Assembly: GCA_964016885.1 (NCBI GenBank)
Contig: OZ024747.1
Span: 87,420,001-87,484,000, forward strand
DNA: 64,000 nucleotides
Direction of reading: 5' to 3'
Source: Eledone cirrhosa
Lineage: Eukaryota
A program made the translations under genes and the position numbers. Of this stretch, positions 13,241 to 27,639 are shown piece after piece. Under the pieces are notes generated by a model, which was not told the DNA's origin, searched no databases, and saw only the letters and a list, made by a program, of their open reading frames with translations. The stretch's first letter is position 1. Every line of letters begins with the position of its first letter.

Positions 13241-13484
13241 TTCTTAAATTGTTTGTCTTATTTCACATTAATAATACATTGCCCCTTTCAAAATACACCA
13301 ACAAAACAACTTTCATGTGAATATAAAAAAGGAAGAAAAAAACTTATGCTTTCTCATGTGTATTAATGTAATTCAGGTGATTTCTGTTTTATTCTTTACA
13401 ACCCAGGTATATATAAGTATAAAGGGAAAAGAAAAATTCTCTGTTTTTATTTTATTTATAGGGAAGACTGAGAGGGATAGCTGC

Positions 13485-13524
<40 letters not shown>

Positions 13525-13969
13525 TCCTAGCATCTAAGGAATTGGAACTACTAAGCCATGAACTGAAATCCATCATAGGTAATACTACACTGGGAAAGTT
13601 AAGCTTGACATAGAAGCCAACTTCTGCAGAATGGCATGTCAGTTGAAATAGGTGACAGCTATAACATTCATGCCTGTCACAACCACAGCTGTCACCACTA
13701 CCCTAACAAATGTGACCATTACCAACACTGCTGTCGCTACTACTACTACTGCCTCTATCAACACTAACCATGGCTCTTTCCCCATATTCCATGCAGACAA
13801 CCCTCTCCAACCACCCTCAGCAACCATGAACTTAATGCTAAACTAACAAAACTTAAGAACTCCATCGCTAAGATTTTAGGGATTGCTGTTTGTATAGAGG
13901 CATTATACAAAATCTGCCCTTCATTTTGAGGGGAAAAAACTGTTTGTAGTTAGCAGCAATTGTGGCTGC

Positions 13970-15100
13970 CTGAACTTTCTCCAACCCATTCTCACTCTGG
14001 CTATTGCACTTTCTGAACACCCTCCTCCACTGTTAATTTGGTTTCCCAGATAACAGAAACTATCTATTACTTCTACAGAGCTCTCATATCCTGTGAGCTC
14101 TTGCTACTTACTACACCTGTGTTTTACATTTGTAAAACTTACATTCTTTGCTAGCCTGCCTGAGATCCCACTACAACTCTTGTGTACCTATAATTTGCAT
14201 TTGGAACATAGGATGGCATTTCTACCCACTCATGTCCTGCACTCTGAGCAAGGCCTTTTCTCAGAGGGGATCTGAGCCATATTTTCCTCTTTACATACCA
14301 GAACTTTGATCTTTGGTCAGTTAATTTTAAGACCATTTGATTCTAGGCAATGCTCCAGGTTTGAAATTTTGTCTCTAATTCTGCCATAGATTCGGCTAGT
14401 TGATGCTGCTGCTATACCAGTCATTAGGTATGACACCATTTTGTATTACTTGGTTTTACAATACAGGTGAGTATGGTGTAACCCACCATTCCTGATGCTT
14501 TCAGCATCTTGGCAACTAACCCCAAAGGTCCAGCTCCCTTGCCTGTCTTCATATCCTTGATTGTCTTACTTACTATACTCCTGCTGACTTCTACAGCCAG
14601 TCATCCTATCAGGTTAACTTGGTGCAAAATATCTTCTTCCCATGCATTCTCCTCGTTCAGTAATATTTTATAGTGGTGCTTCCATGCTACCATCTTTTCA
14701 GCATCAGTGAGGGCAAGTTTACCATTATCATCACGGACACACTTCTCCCCATCAACATCACAATTTTCCCGGACACACTACCTTGCAATCCTGAACACCT
14801 CTAGATTTTTTATTTTCTGATTCCCTTCTTGCAAGGTATACTTGTCACCTAGCTTCTCTCCTAGACTTCTCTACTCCCCCCCCCTCCATTCTGTGCCTAT
14901 CTCTTGGCCTTAATTGTCTCATCTACCCTACTATTCCACCACCCAGTCATTCTTCTTCTTCCTTAGAGACCTGCTCCAACCACAGATTTCATTTGTGGCC
15001 TTCAGTCGGCTATCTTTCAGGAACTCCGTATGTCTCTATTTACTCTTCCTTACTGCTGCAAGTGTTAACCAACATACCTCTAAACTTGATACTGGCTGAC
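13970..15100 (-). mobile_element. Degenerate internal RTE fragment with internal deletions
   Basis: Colinear similarity to parts of 43130-44800, including the PHD region, the ENAWEE segment and the VGWWN segment; many stops and indels. Confidence 0.85.
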
Positions 15101-15134
15101 AGATCCTTTAACTATATATATACATATATATATA

Positions 15135-15316
15135 TAATTGTTTCTACTTTTGGCACAAGGCCACCAATTATACCAGTACATTACTGGTACTTTATTTTAT
15201 CGACCCCGTAAGGGTGAAAGGCAAACTTAACCTCGGCGGGATTTGAACTCAAACCGTAAAGGGCCGTAACTATGCTGCAAAGCATGTTGTTTAACGCTCT
15301 ACCGATACTGCCAATC
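15135..15316 (-). mobile_element. SINE family A
   Basis: Reverse complement of the family A consensus. Confidence 0.85.
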
Positions 15317-15966
15317 ATCAGCAAGCACATATACATCTCTCTCTCTCTCTCTCTACCTTTTACTCTGTCAAAATTGAGTAATAGCTAGAAAGAAAAAAAA
15401 TGGTGAACTGGTCAAATCCTATGTTTTTCTATTTGTATTAATTTTAGTTTTTTTCATTTTATTTTTCATTCCATTTTATCTGGGGGTGAGGTGGGGTTAA
15501 CTTTCATTATTTATTACTGAGATGGGGGTCGTTATTCTATTTATACTGATTATCTAAATAAATTGTGCACTCAATGTTTCTATCTATCACCCCTCCCCAT
15601 TTCTCAAAAGAAACACACAGCCATACTCTTCCTCTCACCCCTTTCTCTCTCTCCCAACCACAGAGGTTGAGTAAGATGAAATGTTTAAAGGACAAAGAGA
15701 GGGGAAAGGCTACAGGAGATATTAAGACCTTATTTTGTGTCTTTCATATGTATGTCTATTTATTTTCTCAACAATAAAATAGTTCTAAAACATCTATTGG
15801 GTTCCCCTAATCATAAATTAAATTGCAGGTGTTGCATAAGAAGTTTCAATGACTTAACAATATTTGAATCATGTCAGCAAGTATGGGAGACAATTCTAAA
15901 CATGTTTCAATCTTATTTCACCTCCTCAGTGCAACATAGATTTATACTAATTTAATAAGTACAGGA

Positions 15967-16296
15967 AGGCAGCGAATTGGCAGGTCAGTTAGAACATTGG
16001 ATAGAGTGTTTTCTGTTTCAGCTCTCTGAGTTCAAATCCCACCAAGGTCAAATTTGCCTTTATCCTTTCGAGGTTGATAAAAAAAAGTACCAGTCTAGTA
16101 CTGAGGTTAATTCTTCCTCTATATCTCTTTTCTCACTTCATTTCTCTCACTCTTTATTCTTCTCTGGAAGAAATCTGCTGTACTCATGCCTAGAGAGGAG
16201 ATGGACTCTACCAGGTTTAAAGATTCCCTAACAAATGTTGTATGTCAATGAGGTGCCCCAACAACTCCCCTCAAGCAGTGCGGTCCACACCATTCC
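15967..16296 (+). mobile_element. Composite SINE: family A head plus alternative 3' module
   Basis: 13-bp TSD AATAAGTACAGGA at 15954-15966 and 16297-16309 brackets both modules. Confidence 0.8.
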
Positions 16297-18267
16297 AATA
16301 AGTACAGGAGTGATGAAAGAATCATTAGCTAGATGTATAATTTTGTACATGTGTAGGCATGAAAATTAGCATAATTTTTGTTAAAAAATGTATCACTGAG
16401 GAAAATTCCTCAGAGATATGATTAGCATGAAGATCAATGATTGACTTAGTGCTAAGGCAGATATATTGTCAATCCGAATAGTCTTCAAACATTGCGAACC
16501 CTCATGTAGAATATGTAGAGATGGCTTTTAGTTTTTGTTCATGGGTAAAGTTCATGACTTAGTCACCATAGACCTGTGGTTCAAATCATGTCATATACTA
16601 TAACATTCTTTCCTTTTTCAGTTCTAGTGTTCAAAGGGCATGTGTGTGTGAATATGTATCGCTGTATGAATCTTTTCAAACAGATACATACAAATGCACA
16701 AAAGTGTGTGTGTGTGTGTGAGAGATTATCTTTGGTCCATCTAGGGGAACAGTAACTTTGAATAAAAACTGAATTGAATAATAACAACCAGCCCAACCCT
16801 TGCCAACATGGAAAGTGGACGTACAATACATATGTATGTATTTATGGCTGGATAATGGATGTGTTTTTAAAGTTAATATATATAATTGAATGAATGAACA
16901 AGCACATATGTTCTTCTTCCTGTATAGATAAAGTGATACATAAAAGACTCTTAAATAAAACGCATATGCTGTGCTATGTACACATCGGTATACACACATT
17001 CACATACAAACACTCATACATTTATGCATATATGAACACGTTGGTTTTCAGATAAAAATAAATAAAGCATTTGTTGCAAGAAAAAGCATAATTGTGTTAT
17101 ATAATGAAGCCATCTTTAATTACAGTATATTTAGATTAAAGACGTTTCCTATTTTCTATTAATTAATTCATCCAAATTTATTTCCTTCATTTTTTTTTTA
17201 TTCATTTGTTTGTTAAATTTAATTAATCAAATGTTTTATTTTCTTTCCATGTATGTTGGATGAATAGACCTTTTTTTTTAAAATATTTAGGTGTATGTTA
17301 GTGTATATAATATAATCTGTGGGTGTTAAAGATGGCCACTATAGATAACATAATGATGATGATGATGATGTATTATTTACCTTCTTCCCCCTTTAGTTTT
17401 CACCTTTTTAACATTCCAATTTTACACTTGCTTTGTTTATTCATTTTTTTTAATAACTTTTAAACTTGTGAAAAGGTAGTTTTTTTTGTGTTTCTTTTTT
17501 GCGCGCGGGGGGGGGGGGGGGGCATTTATTTATTTATTGTTCTTTTGCTGATTTCAGTCATTAGACTGGTTATGCTGTTAACCCTTTAGCATTCACATTA
17601 CTATATATATACTATTGTATTTTTGTATCTCTCATAATTATCTCACTTAATATCGAATTTATGAGATTTTGATGTTATTCATTTTGAGCACAATACCTTA
17701 ACATCAGTATGAGCGACCGGTTACAGCCAGTTTGAACAGAGAGAGGTGAGAGAATTCTGGCTGGATATGGCCGATTTAAATGCTAAAGCATTAAGGGATT
17801 TAGTCAATGTTACATTGATTTCTTTTTATCAAACTGCTAAGTTACAGGATACAAATGTTAACACAAGGATTTCAGACAAACAAATTTTATTCACAAGGCA
17901 TTGGTCAGCCCAAGGTGCCATGCCCTGGAAGTAAACCTGAAACCATATGGCTGGGAAGTAATTAAACTCTTTAACCATGCAACTATGCAAGCTTTGTTAA
18001 TTAAATTCCGTTTTTTTTAAAAATCATTAAACAGTTGAAATAGTAGAAATTTCTTGGCGAGGTGGGGTGTATTTGTTTTAATAATCCTAAATAGATCATA
18101 TCTAATTCTCAGTAATTTCCCTAAATTTGGAAGCTTCCTGGGAGTTTTTCTTGTTTATAATAATTTTATAAACATCATTTGTTTCTCATACATTTATTTT
18201 CCTGTTTATTTTCCTTTTTTTTGGAGGGGGGTGTTGTTACATGATCATTTTATCTATCTGATTAGAT

Positions 18268-18455
18268 TGGATTGGCAGTATTGGTAGAGTGTCGGACACC
18301 ATGCTTTGAAGCATAGAGTTACGTCCCTTTATGATCTGAGTTCAAATCATGCCGAGGTTAACTTTGCCTTTCATCCTTACGGGGTCGATAAAATAAAGTA
18401 CCAGTAATGCACTGGGTAATTGCTGGCCTTGTGCCAAAAAGTCGAAACAATTATT
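18268..18455 (+). mobile_element. SINE family A
   Basis: Consensus match. Confidence 0.9.
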
Positions 18456-19264
18456 TCATATATTCACATGACTAACTAACTTTAATTAACGCATGCTGTA
18501 ATTTTTTAGATTAATCTCCATTAACTTGAATAACTAACTCAATTCAGTTGATTGATATAGTCGACACACTTCATTCACAATTTCTTCTGGTTCTTCCAGT
18601 AAGAAAGCCCCTATTTTTACCTATGAAACATACATAACACTTAAGATTAATTAACCCATTTGATCCCAAACTGCCTGAAATCACCAAGCTGTATATTTTA
18701 AAGTGTTTATATTATCTAAAAACCTTCTATTATAATTTCATGTAAGAACCTTTATTATGTTTGAAAGGTTCACCTTAGTTATATTGCTAAATTCTTCCAA
18801 ATCCTTGATTATTATCCTTGTCAAAATTATTTGAAAATTATAGACAGTGACTTTCATTAGAAATATAGTAATTGAAGGTTTAATAGCTGGTATTTTCAAT
18901 TATATGACACAAGCACTTATATATTTGATGACTCATTAGTGTTAATAATTCTTTCATTTATTAGCCACACTAGCCCCCACCCCATCCTCACAGCATGATT
19001 TGTAATCCCATTTGTCTGGCATATTTTATATTGTATATATGTGTCTTTGTGCGCAATAAAGTATTATCATCTTTATTATTATTATTAACGCATCGCTCCC
19101 AGTACACAAAGCTTTCAGATACCAGATTAGTGAATTAGTTAAGCAGCCATTGACAGGGGCAGTTGTCAACAACAAATGTTGGTTCGCGCTGAAAAAGTGC
19201 AATTAGAATAAAATCTATTAGGTTCAGTAAGCTACAGTGATAGAGAAAAATAGAACAGAGGGAG

Positions 19265-19510
19265 AACTTAAGCAAGACACTTTATTTCACATTGCTCCAG
19301 TTTACACAGCTGTAGAGTTGCGACTTCACTGGTGCCAGGCTGTATCAGCCTTAGCCTTTCCTTTGGACATCATCAGTGGCATGGTATGCATGGGTGACTG
19401 CTGGTCTTCCACAAACAACCTTGCCTAGACTTGTGCCTTGGAGGGGAAATTTCTAGGAACAAATCCCATGGTCATTCATGACCGAGGGGGGGGGGGAGTC
19501 TTTACCTTTA
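19265..19510 (+). mobile_element. SINE family B core with a different tail ending TTTACCTTTA
   Basis: AGCAAGACACTTTATTTCACATTGCTCCAGTTTAC core followed by an unrelated 3' module. Confidence 0.65.
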
Positions 19511-19512
19511 TC

Positions 19513-19544
<32 letters not shown>

Positions 19545-20799
19545 AAGAGAGAGATATTCTTTTACTGGTTTCAGTCATTCAACTGTGATTATGCTGGTGC
19601 ACTGTCTATCATGATTCTGGTACTCCGTTAACTCTCAGAGAATGTCTTTTTTTTTTCTTTTTTTTTACCAACACTGTGTAGTATGCATTTTTAATTCATA
19701 TTATCTAAGCAGCCATGACATCAAACCAAGATGAACTGTAAACATTGAGATTTTCAGTATCCTCAATCTTCAGAGTGGAATTTTTTATCAGCAAATCAGG
19801 ATGATGTGGTAATACACACCTACAGATGCAGCCATGCAGTGTGGAACAGTTTAAACAGCAGGTATTACTGGCTGTTTTCCATGTCAACACTTTTGCCATA
19901 TTGTCTGCAGAGCTCAGATGAGATATACCATCCAACCAAGGATGAAGTCTTTGCCCCCTCTCCATTTTACTCTCGCTTTTTTTTTTTTTGTTATATTATA
20001 TTGAAAGTAAAACAACATTGTCATTTTATTTTCACCTTATTTCAAACACTTTCTACTCCTCAATTTACTTTCATTAAACCACTAACATGATCTTCATTCT
20101 AAAATGGAATATGTATTGATTGTTACCATTTAGTAGGCTTTCTTTATCTTATTGTTTAAGATATTGATATATCCTTTAGGATATATATCCAGGCTATGAT
20201 ACCATTTGCATCATTTTACAGAGTAAAAAATCTGTGTTATCTTTTGGGGGCTCTGTCACACAAACATACATGCATATATGTATGTATCTATACTTATAAA
20301 TACACACACCTATACCTACACGGGCAGGTGGTACTATTATGTTACTCATGACCTGAACTCACAGTTGGCCTAAAAGTTATCTGATCTATGCAAGTGTGTA
20401 CACATTAACATACATACTCACACATATATAGAAAGACAGAGAAGGGGTGGAGATTGACAGACAAAGAAAGAGGTGTTATAGATCCAACTTGCTCCCTAGC
20501 CATGAATAAGTAATTTAAGAGGATAGGCAGCATTTTAAAGTGATCTTAATGATAAGTTAAATTGCTAACTAAAGGTACGATAACAATATTAAGAAAATAA
20601 TGTAACAAATCAGTGTGGTCTCTCAATCTGCTTGAAATAGTAGCCAAATCTATCTCAAACCTCAACCTGCCATCTTAACCCTTCATTACCATATTTCTAG
20701 TGAAAAACAATGCTTATGATTTTCAAATCAGTTTGAAATAATAAAGAATCTGGGATGATCTAGTAATGTTACGTCTTCATTATTAAATGGTGTTTGGAA

Positions 20800-21015
20800 A
20801 CAGGGAATTGGCAAAATTGTTAACGTTGGCCAAAATACTTTTTAGCATTTAGTTACAGTGCTTTATGTTCTAATTTCAAATCTGTCCAAGGTCAACTTTG
20901 CCTTTTATCCATCCAGGGTTGATAAAATAAAATACCAGTCATGTGCTGAGGTTGATTTAATCAACTCCTCCGCTCCAATATTGTTGCCCTTGTGTCTAAA
21001 TCAGAAACAATTATT
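20800..21015 (+). mobile_element. Old SINE family A copy
   Basis: Diverged core and tail. Confidence 0.7.
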
Positions 21016-22919
21016 AAGCTAGTGTATGGGACGTAACTTAAGAAAGGTTTTTACATAAATTATAATGGTGTTGGGGCTGTACCCCGTGGACAATGGCCTG
21101 CGACACCCACTTCAACAGCCAATCCATCTTGCAGGGCTCCTTCCTCAGACTGACTACTGATGTTCTGATCATGTGGAGGAGCTCAGCAGTATGGGGTCCA
21201 AGTATGCCTGAAATCTTGATGGCGAGTTTTACTTCATTAGACATGAATTATATTTTCTAAGCCTTCATCACAACCATGATATATAATGATACAGAGTAAT
21301 TTTTAAAAATAATTTTGGTTGAAAAACCAACAAAAATACTTCCCAAAACAACTCTCTTTCTTTGTATACCATGATTTCATATCATGGATGTATATCATGG
21401 TTGGAATTTAGAAAAGATATGAAGAAAAGGCCCACAGAGCTAACTGAAATTCCTATTTAAACTCCCCCAGCCCAACAAAAAGCATGACTTTTTTCCTATG
21501 ATTTTATTTCTGGTCACTATAATTTAAACATGAATGAATTATCAATGACACCTGTGTCATGGAGAATCAGGTATTCATTTTAATTTTAATTTTATTTCTT
21601 TTATTGTTGACTCTCATAACCACTTCTTATCTGCCCTAAATACTGTAAAAGAAATTCTATTCAGCATTTGAGAAACCAATGGGGTAAATTAAATGTATGC
21701 ATTTATATGCCCAAATATATAAACATATATATTTACTTACAATATATAGACTCACATACAATTTGAATATTTAAGGGGGTGCAATTTGAAAATGATGTTA
21801 ATGAGAACAAACTTCAAATTTTACCTCATAATTTTTTTTACCAAGGCAACTTTGCTACACACATTGCTATCAGAAACCCCTGTTTTACTTCCTTTACACA
21901 TGATATTGTGCATCCAGCACCACATATATGCCAATTTGTTTGCACTATGCATCCCTATTTTCATATGAAAGTGGAGGTATACCACTTTATGAGATGTTGA
22001 GATGGAACATGGTGCACACAAGGTTGCTGCCTTCAGTTATTCTTTTAGAAGAGTTTCACCTTATTTCCAACTCCTAATTTGACTCTTTCCCCATCCATCT
22101 CTTCTGTCCTTTGTTTTTTAGCCCTATTCTCGAAATAGCATTTATTCTAATAGAAGGAAGATGATGAAGTCATCCCCATCGTAATGATCTGGCATGTTTC
22201 TGTTGTTGCTGTGGCTTTATTGTTTAGCCCCAGGTCTGCTCTAATTGAAAATACCTATGATTAAAGCCATTCCAGCTGAAACCATCCCATCCTTTGAGTA
22301 CCTAAGGTGTCCTTTTTATAAAAACAGTAAACTGTAATTTTAGGGAGATTTTACTGTTATTTCTAACAGGTTGAGCAGCTACAAAGAAACTCCCTTATTG
22401 GTTCAACATTACTGATATTATTATTGGTGTTGTTATTGCTATTGTTGCTTTGTCTGTTCTAGGTTTTCCATAGGCAAGGTGGGGCACCACCACCATCCCA
22501 TCCACCTACTCTTCTTCTGGAGACCCTAAACTTTTCTTTAACTCCCTGCCCAGCCACCTGCAAAACTATTCTCAACTCTTCCATCATTCTCCTTCCTCCA
22601 TCCACTACTCCTTTCTACATTTTTCTCATGCAGGTGAATAACAGGCATACCTCTACCTTTAATCACTCATGTCTACACAGCAGGTAGATATATATATTAT
22701 ATAAAGAGCTAGACCTTCTCCTACATTTTTTTAATATCAAGTGCTCCCTTCATCACTCCCATTCATTCTCCTTTCCTCACCTGCTACCACCTTAGTTTAT
22801 TAGATATAACTACACGTCACTGTCTGATGCTTTGCTCTTTTTGTCCCCAACACCAGCACTACCAGCACTACCACCACTACCACCACCACCACCACCACCT
22901 GTGAGTGTATGTTAAAGTA

Positions 22920-23120
22920 GTGTTGTTATTCAGCTCCAGATCGACCTTGATTGAAGTAATCTATGATCAATGATATTCTTTTTGTGACACAGCCTTCTCT
23001 TATTTTAGGTTTATGTAGGAATACATTATCTAAAATGCCCTTTTTAAAATGTAGTGGGACAAAAGGATTTTGAGCTAATTTGACTGCTTTTTCTGGAAGG
23101 TTGACTGCTGGCTTCACAGA
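22920..23120 (+). repeat. Dispersed repeat family with core GGAGATTTGGCTGCTATTTCTAGCAGG
   Basis: Related pieces at ~11880-11955, 20610-20675, 22200-22400, 34880-34950, 58460-58600, 59160-59235 and 62700-62780, and in the Helitron 91-mer. Confidence 0.65.
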
Positions 23121-24057
23121 AAGTTTTTTTTGTTGACTGTATATTAAGGTGTGTTTTGTGTCACCTGATATCACACACACTTGCTGCTTCATAGATAACA
23201 CTTTATTTATTTTTGCGGCCTAAAGAGAAGGATGTAAGTTGGTGGTGGTGAGATAGGAGAGGGAAGAATCCCTTGCATTAGGGGAGAAGGAGTGACTGAT
23301 TGTTGCTCGGCCAACATTGACACAGACTACTACTAGTGAGTACATGTTGCTGTTTAGCCCCAGGTCCGCTTATGTGACATTCTAGCAATAACCATCCGAT
23401 AGACAGAAATCAGAACCACATTGGTGAAAATAACAATGTGATGCATTAATTAGCACCTTTGTTACCATATTTTTAATAAAAGTCAAATAATTTTGAAAAT
23501 AGTAAAAAAATTCAGATGGATCTAGTAATATAATTAACTTTCTCATTATTAAGCTGGTGTTTAGGAACATAACTTAAGGTTTTGACATGAAATTATGATG
23601 GAAGATTATTAGAGGAATATAAACACTTTAAAATAAATAGTTTTGTATCTTAGAAACAAGGGCAGTTTCAGGTGGTTTAGTATGAAGAGGGTTAATCTGC
23701 AACTCAGAAGAAACGTGCCTTTCGCTAATCTATCTTATAACTTTTACTAACAATGTTAACACTGTTTACATTATCTATAATCTGTTTTAGCAGCTAGTAT
23801 TTATCATAGCATGTTAGATATCTTAATTCTAACATTTGACTTCTATGACACTTATCATCATATCAGACAGTTGTTACATAATATCCACCATGTCTACAAT
23901 AATTTCTCTAACTAAAAGTACTGATTATTGTTCATTGTCTTGGCTAAAAAATAATTTCAGGATTGTCTTGAGAAATAATTATATTTTCTAATGTCTATTG
24001 TAGTTGAAGTTTCAGTCAGCTAACACTTGTACTATATATGTCTCTCTCCACTTTGTG

Positions 24058-24241
24058 TTGGATTGGCAGTATCGGTAGAGTCGGACGCCATGCTTTCCAG
24101 CATAGTTACGTCCCTTTACGGACTGAGTTCAAATCCCGCCAAGGTTAACTTTGCCTTTCATCCTTTCGGGGTCGATAAAATAAAGTACCAGTAATGTACT
24201 GGGTAATTGCTGGCCTTGTGCCAAAAGTAGAAACAATTATT
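24058..24241 (+). mobile_element. SINE family A
   Basis: Consensus match. Confidence 0.9.
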
Positions 24242-24730
24242 TAATATTACAAACCCAAAGCAAGGTTTGGTAAATAAGTCATATATGGCTTTTCACAGCA
24301 GATTTCTTTTTAAATAAAAGAAAATGACATGTCTATGAGTATTTAAGTTATGTGCATACACATATTTATTTGACTCAAACAAGAAAGACTTGTCACTTTA
24401 TTAGCAACCAGCTTCTATTCTGTATAAAGAACTTAAATGTTAAGAATAGAAACATCTAATTATTGGAAAATGTCCAAGACATGCCAAGTAGCTAATCTCC
24501 AGAAAAAAAGTGCCTAGCTCATGGATACAATGAAACATTGCCAGCAAAAATTAATTCATTTAATGAATTACTAACCCAATATCTTTTCTACTCAATCATT
24601 TCCTTTCTTTGGGTGAAGAAAATTTTAAATAGAATATTACAATTCATGTATATATAAATAAACAAGTATGTGCTTGCATACTTATAATATCAACTGACAG
24701 ATTCCCATTGCTCTCTCTCTATCTATCTAT

Positions 24731-24768
<38 letters not shown>

Positions 24769-24811
24769 TCATCATCGTTTAACGTCCATCTTCCACGCTT
24801 GCATGGGTTTG

Positions 24812-24860
<49 letters not shown>

Positions 24861-24863
<3 letters not shown>

Positions 24864-24960
24864 GATCTCCCCCAAAAATGTATACACACATTGATTACCT
24901 GTACAGGCAATATTTATTAGGATGCTGTTGAAGTTGTATAGATTTTTTGGAGACACCCTG
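24861..24960. mobile_element. Tc1/mariner-type MITE
   Basis: TIRs CAGGATCTCCCCAAAAATGTATACA / TGTATAGATTTTTTGGAGACACCCTG with TA on both sides. Confidence 0.8.
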
Positions 24961-26153
24961 TATGTATATACATATATATATATATAGTGTATGCATGGGA
25001 GAAAATTGCTAAACTCAGAATAAAGCCTATTGAACTTAACTGGATGATACATACATTATAAACTTTTCATTATAAGCACATTCTCAATTCAACAAAGCCC
25101 TCCTGGAAACCTCTCCACACAATGCACAAATAACATATTTTATAAATTTCATAAGTAAATATAATGTGCATTTTTAGGCTTTAACTCAAATATGTGTGTA
25201 TAAAACTTATACGGTGCGTATAAAATCTATGTGTATATCTGTGTGTGTATGTGTTAACATTCCAAAAATATAGATATAAACAAACCTAGCTACATACATA
25301 TCACAACAGAAGCATTAAAACATATTAAAAAATGATTTCTTTACATTAATATTGTTTGCCAAATTTTAAAGTATTTAATCTAGTGTATTAAAGCTAAAAT
25401 AAAAAATAAAACTGCTCAGCTTTTTATTAATGTCAGTATACACAACTAACAAGGCTTGGAAGCCTACTGTTTTCTTTACAATTATTCTGTGGCTATAATG
25501 TTTTGAAAATTTAAATATATATGTCTATATAGACACAGACATAGCCATGTAGTTATGGACTTTACTTTTAAACCATCTAGTTTCAGATTCAATTCTACTG
25601 CGTAGCACCTTGGGCAAATAAGTGTCTTCTATAACCTTGGGTTGGCCAACACCTTGTGAGTGAAATTTGATAAAATAAGTGTACTAAACTCAAAAATATT
25701 AAATATGGGAGTTAATATAATGAACTTAGAATGGTACCACAGTTTAATGACTAGAACCAGTGAAAGTGTAAGAGAATATACATTCTTCAGAAAAATCATT
25801 AAGACCCAAATGAATAAATATATTGAGTAAAGGACAAATATTTACACCAATTCCTCAAAAAGCAAATACAAAAACAAGTTAGATAACCAAGCCCCTCTTT
25901 TTTTTTAAAATGAAATCTATGACTTATTTTGTATGAAATAATTTCCTATTGTAGTGTACCATAAATTTGCATGTATATATATAAAAAAAACATTAGGTGT
26001 ATTTTAACTCTTTTTTCCCCTATGTGATTTGTAGAAAATTATTTAATTTTCTATTATTTAATTTTCTAACCTTTTATTTATTTTTTCACTTCTCAGCCTG
26101 CAGCAAACATTGCCAATGCTATATACACAGTACTATAATTACTTATTAACACA

Positions 26154-26369
26154 GGATGGTGGATTGGCAGTATCGGTAGAGGGTCGGACGCCATGCTTTG
26201 AAGCATAGAGTTACGGCCCTTTATGATCTGAGTTCAAATCCAGCCGAGGTTAACTTTGCCTTTCATCCTTACGGGGTCGATAAAATAAAGTACCAGTCAC
26301 GCACTGGGGTCGATTTAATCGACTTTCCCCTCCCCCAAAATTGGTGGCCTTGTGCCTATATAAGAAACC
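26154..26369 (+). mobile_element. SINE family A with 22-bp TSD
   Basis: ACTATAATTACTTATTAACACA at 26132-26153 and 26370-26391. Confidence 0.92.
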
Positions 26370-27639
26370 ACTATAATTACTTATTAACACACTTTAGAAT
26401 GAAAATCTTGTTTGTTTATGAAATTATACTTGGCTCTATTAAGGATTTGTTATTAAAAGCCATTCCTAGTTCATGTACATAACTTAAGTCTTAGCAGATT
26501 ATGAATGAATTAATTTTCTAACAAACAATTTTGTATTTCAGCTTAATGTTGTTTGTTTTGTTTTTCCGGGAGCAGTGTTTTTGCCTATAAAATGTGAACT
26601 ACTTCTGGCCAATGATAAAAGAGGCTCAATTTTATATGTATAGATACGTGTGTTCACTCTCAAACACACACATTGTTGTTTATTTCTCCAGACAGTACTG
26701 GGTATGCTTCCAGTTTTACTTAAATCTCAAAGATTTCCTTTATTCTCATATTTGTTGATAATAAACAATGCAAGCTGGAATATTGAGAATCGGAAACCTC
26801 GGTTTATTGCCATATAATGTTAGTCAAAGTAAAACTATGTTGGGTATCTTATCCAATACGATTTTGTAATCATCATACTTTTGTTGTTATTGAGCTTCTG
26901 AATAAACTGGGCTATAGAGAATGAATAAATTTGATTGGCTTAAATTACTATTATTAATTTCTCAAAAAAAAAAAAAATGGTTGTGATTTCCATCCATGTA
27001 GAAATTTACAAAAGAAAATCGGATACTGTTCATAAAACAGAAAGGATCCACTCTTCAATTTGACATTCACCTTGAATAACCATTGAAATTACTTATAGCT
27101 TCACTAGTTTTCTCAGCTGTCTTTAGATTACTATGAACTTTTTGTATAGGATTTTCTGTAGACCATTTTCCTTTACTTTGATATGTTTTCTTTAGCTTCC
27201 ATTTCTTTTGGAAGAGTCTTTTATTTTCTGGAGATCAGATGTTCTATATCTCACACAACATTCCCTGTGGTAAACCTTTCAATTTTGGTAATGTGACCGC
27301 TACACTACAGATTCTGATCTTTTCAAAGTGGCAAGTTACTTACTTACTTAGAAGACAATATTAAGAGCTGCAAGAACAACAACAGCAACAAGCAGAGCTT
27401 ATGACTCGTTAGTTGTTAAAGAAAGTTTATTTTCAATTAAAAGTGTTTTGCTAGTATGAGATATTAATAAACATAAAGATGAAATGTAGTTGGTTTATCT
27501 CTTGAAGAATTACTAAATTTTATTCACAAGCCTCACACTACTGACTGGGCTATATTTAGACCTTGTGGGGCTTGGGCCAGTTCAGGTTTGGTGGGCCCCC
27601 TCATATAACAACAACAAACACTTTAAAGACATTTTGCCT

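Noticed and set aside
13652-13846. Thr-rich mucin-like ORF
   Set aside because: Decayed trinucleotide low-complexity sequence, like 58860-59140.
19705-20090. Overlapping 86 and 94 aa ORFs
   Set aside because: No recognisable domain or splice structure.
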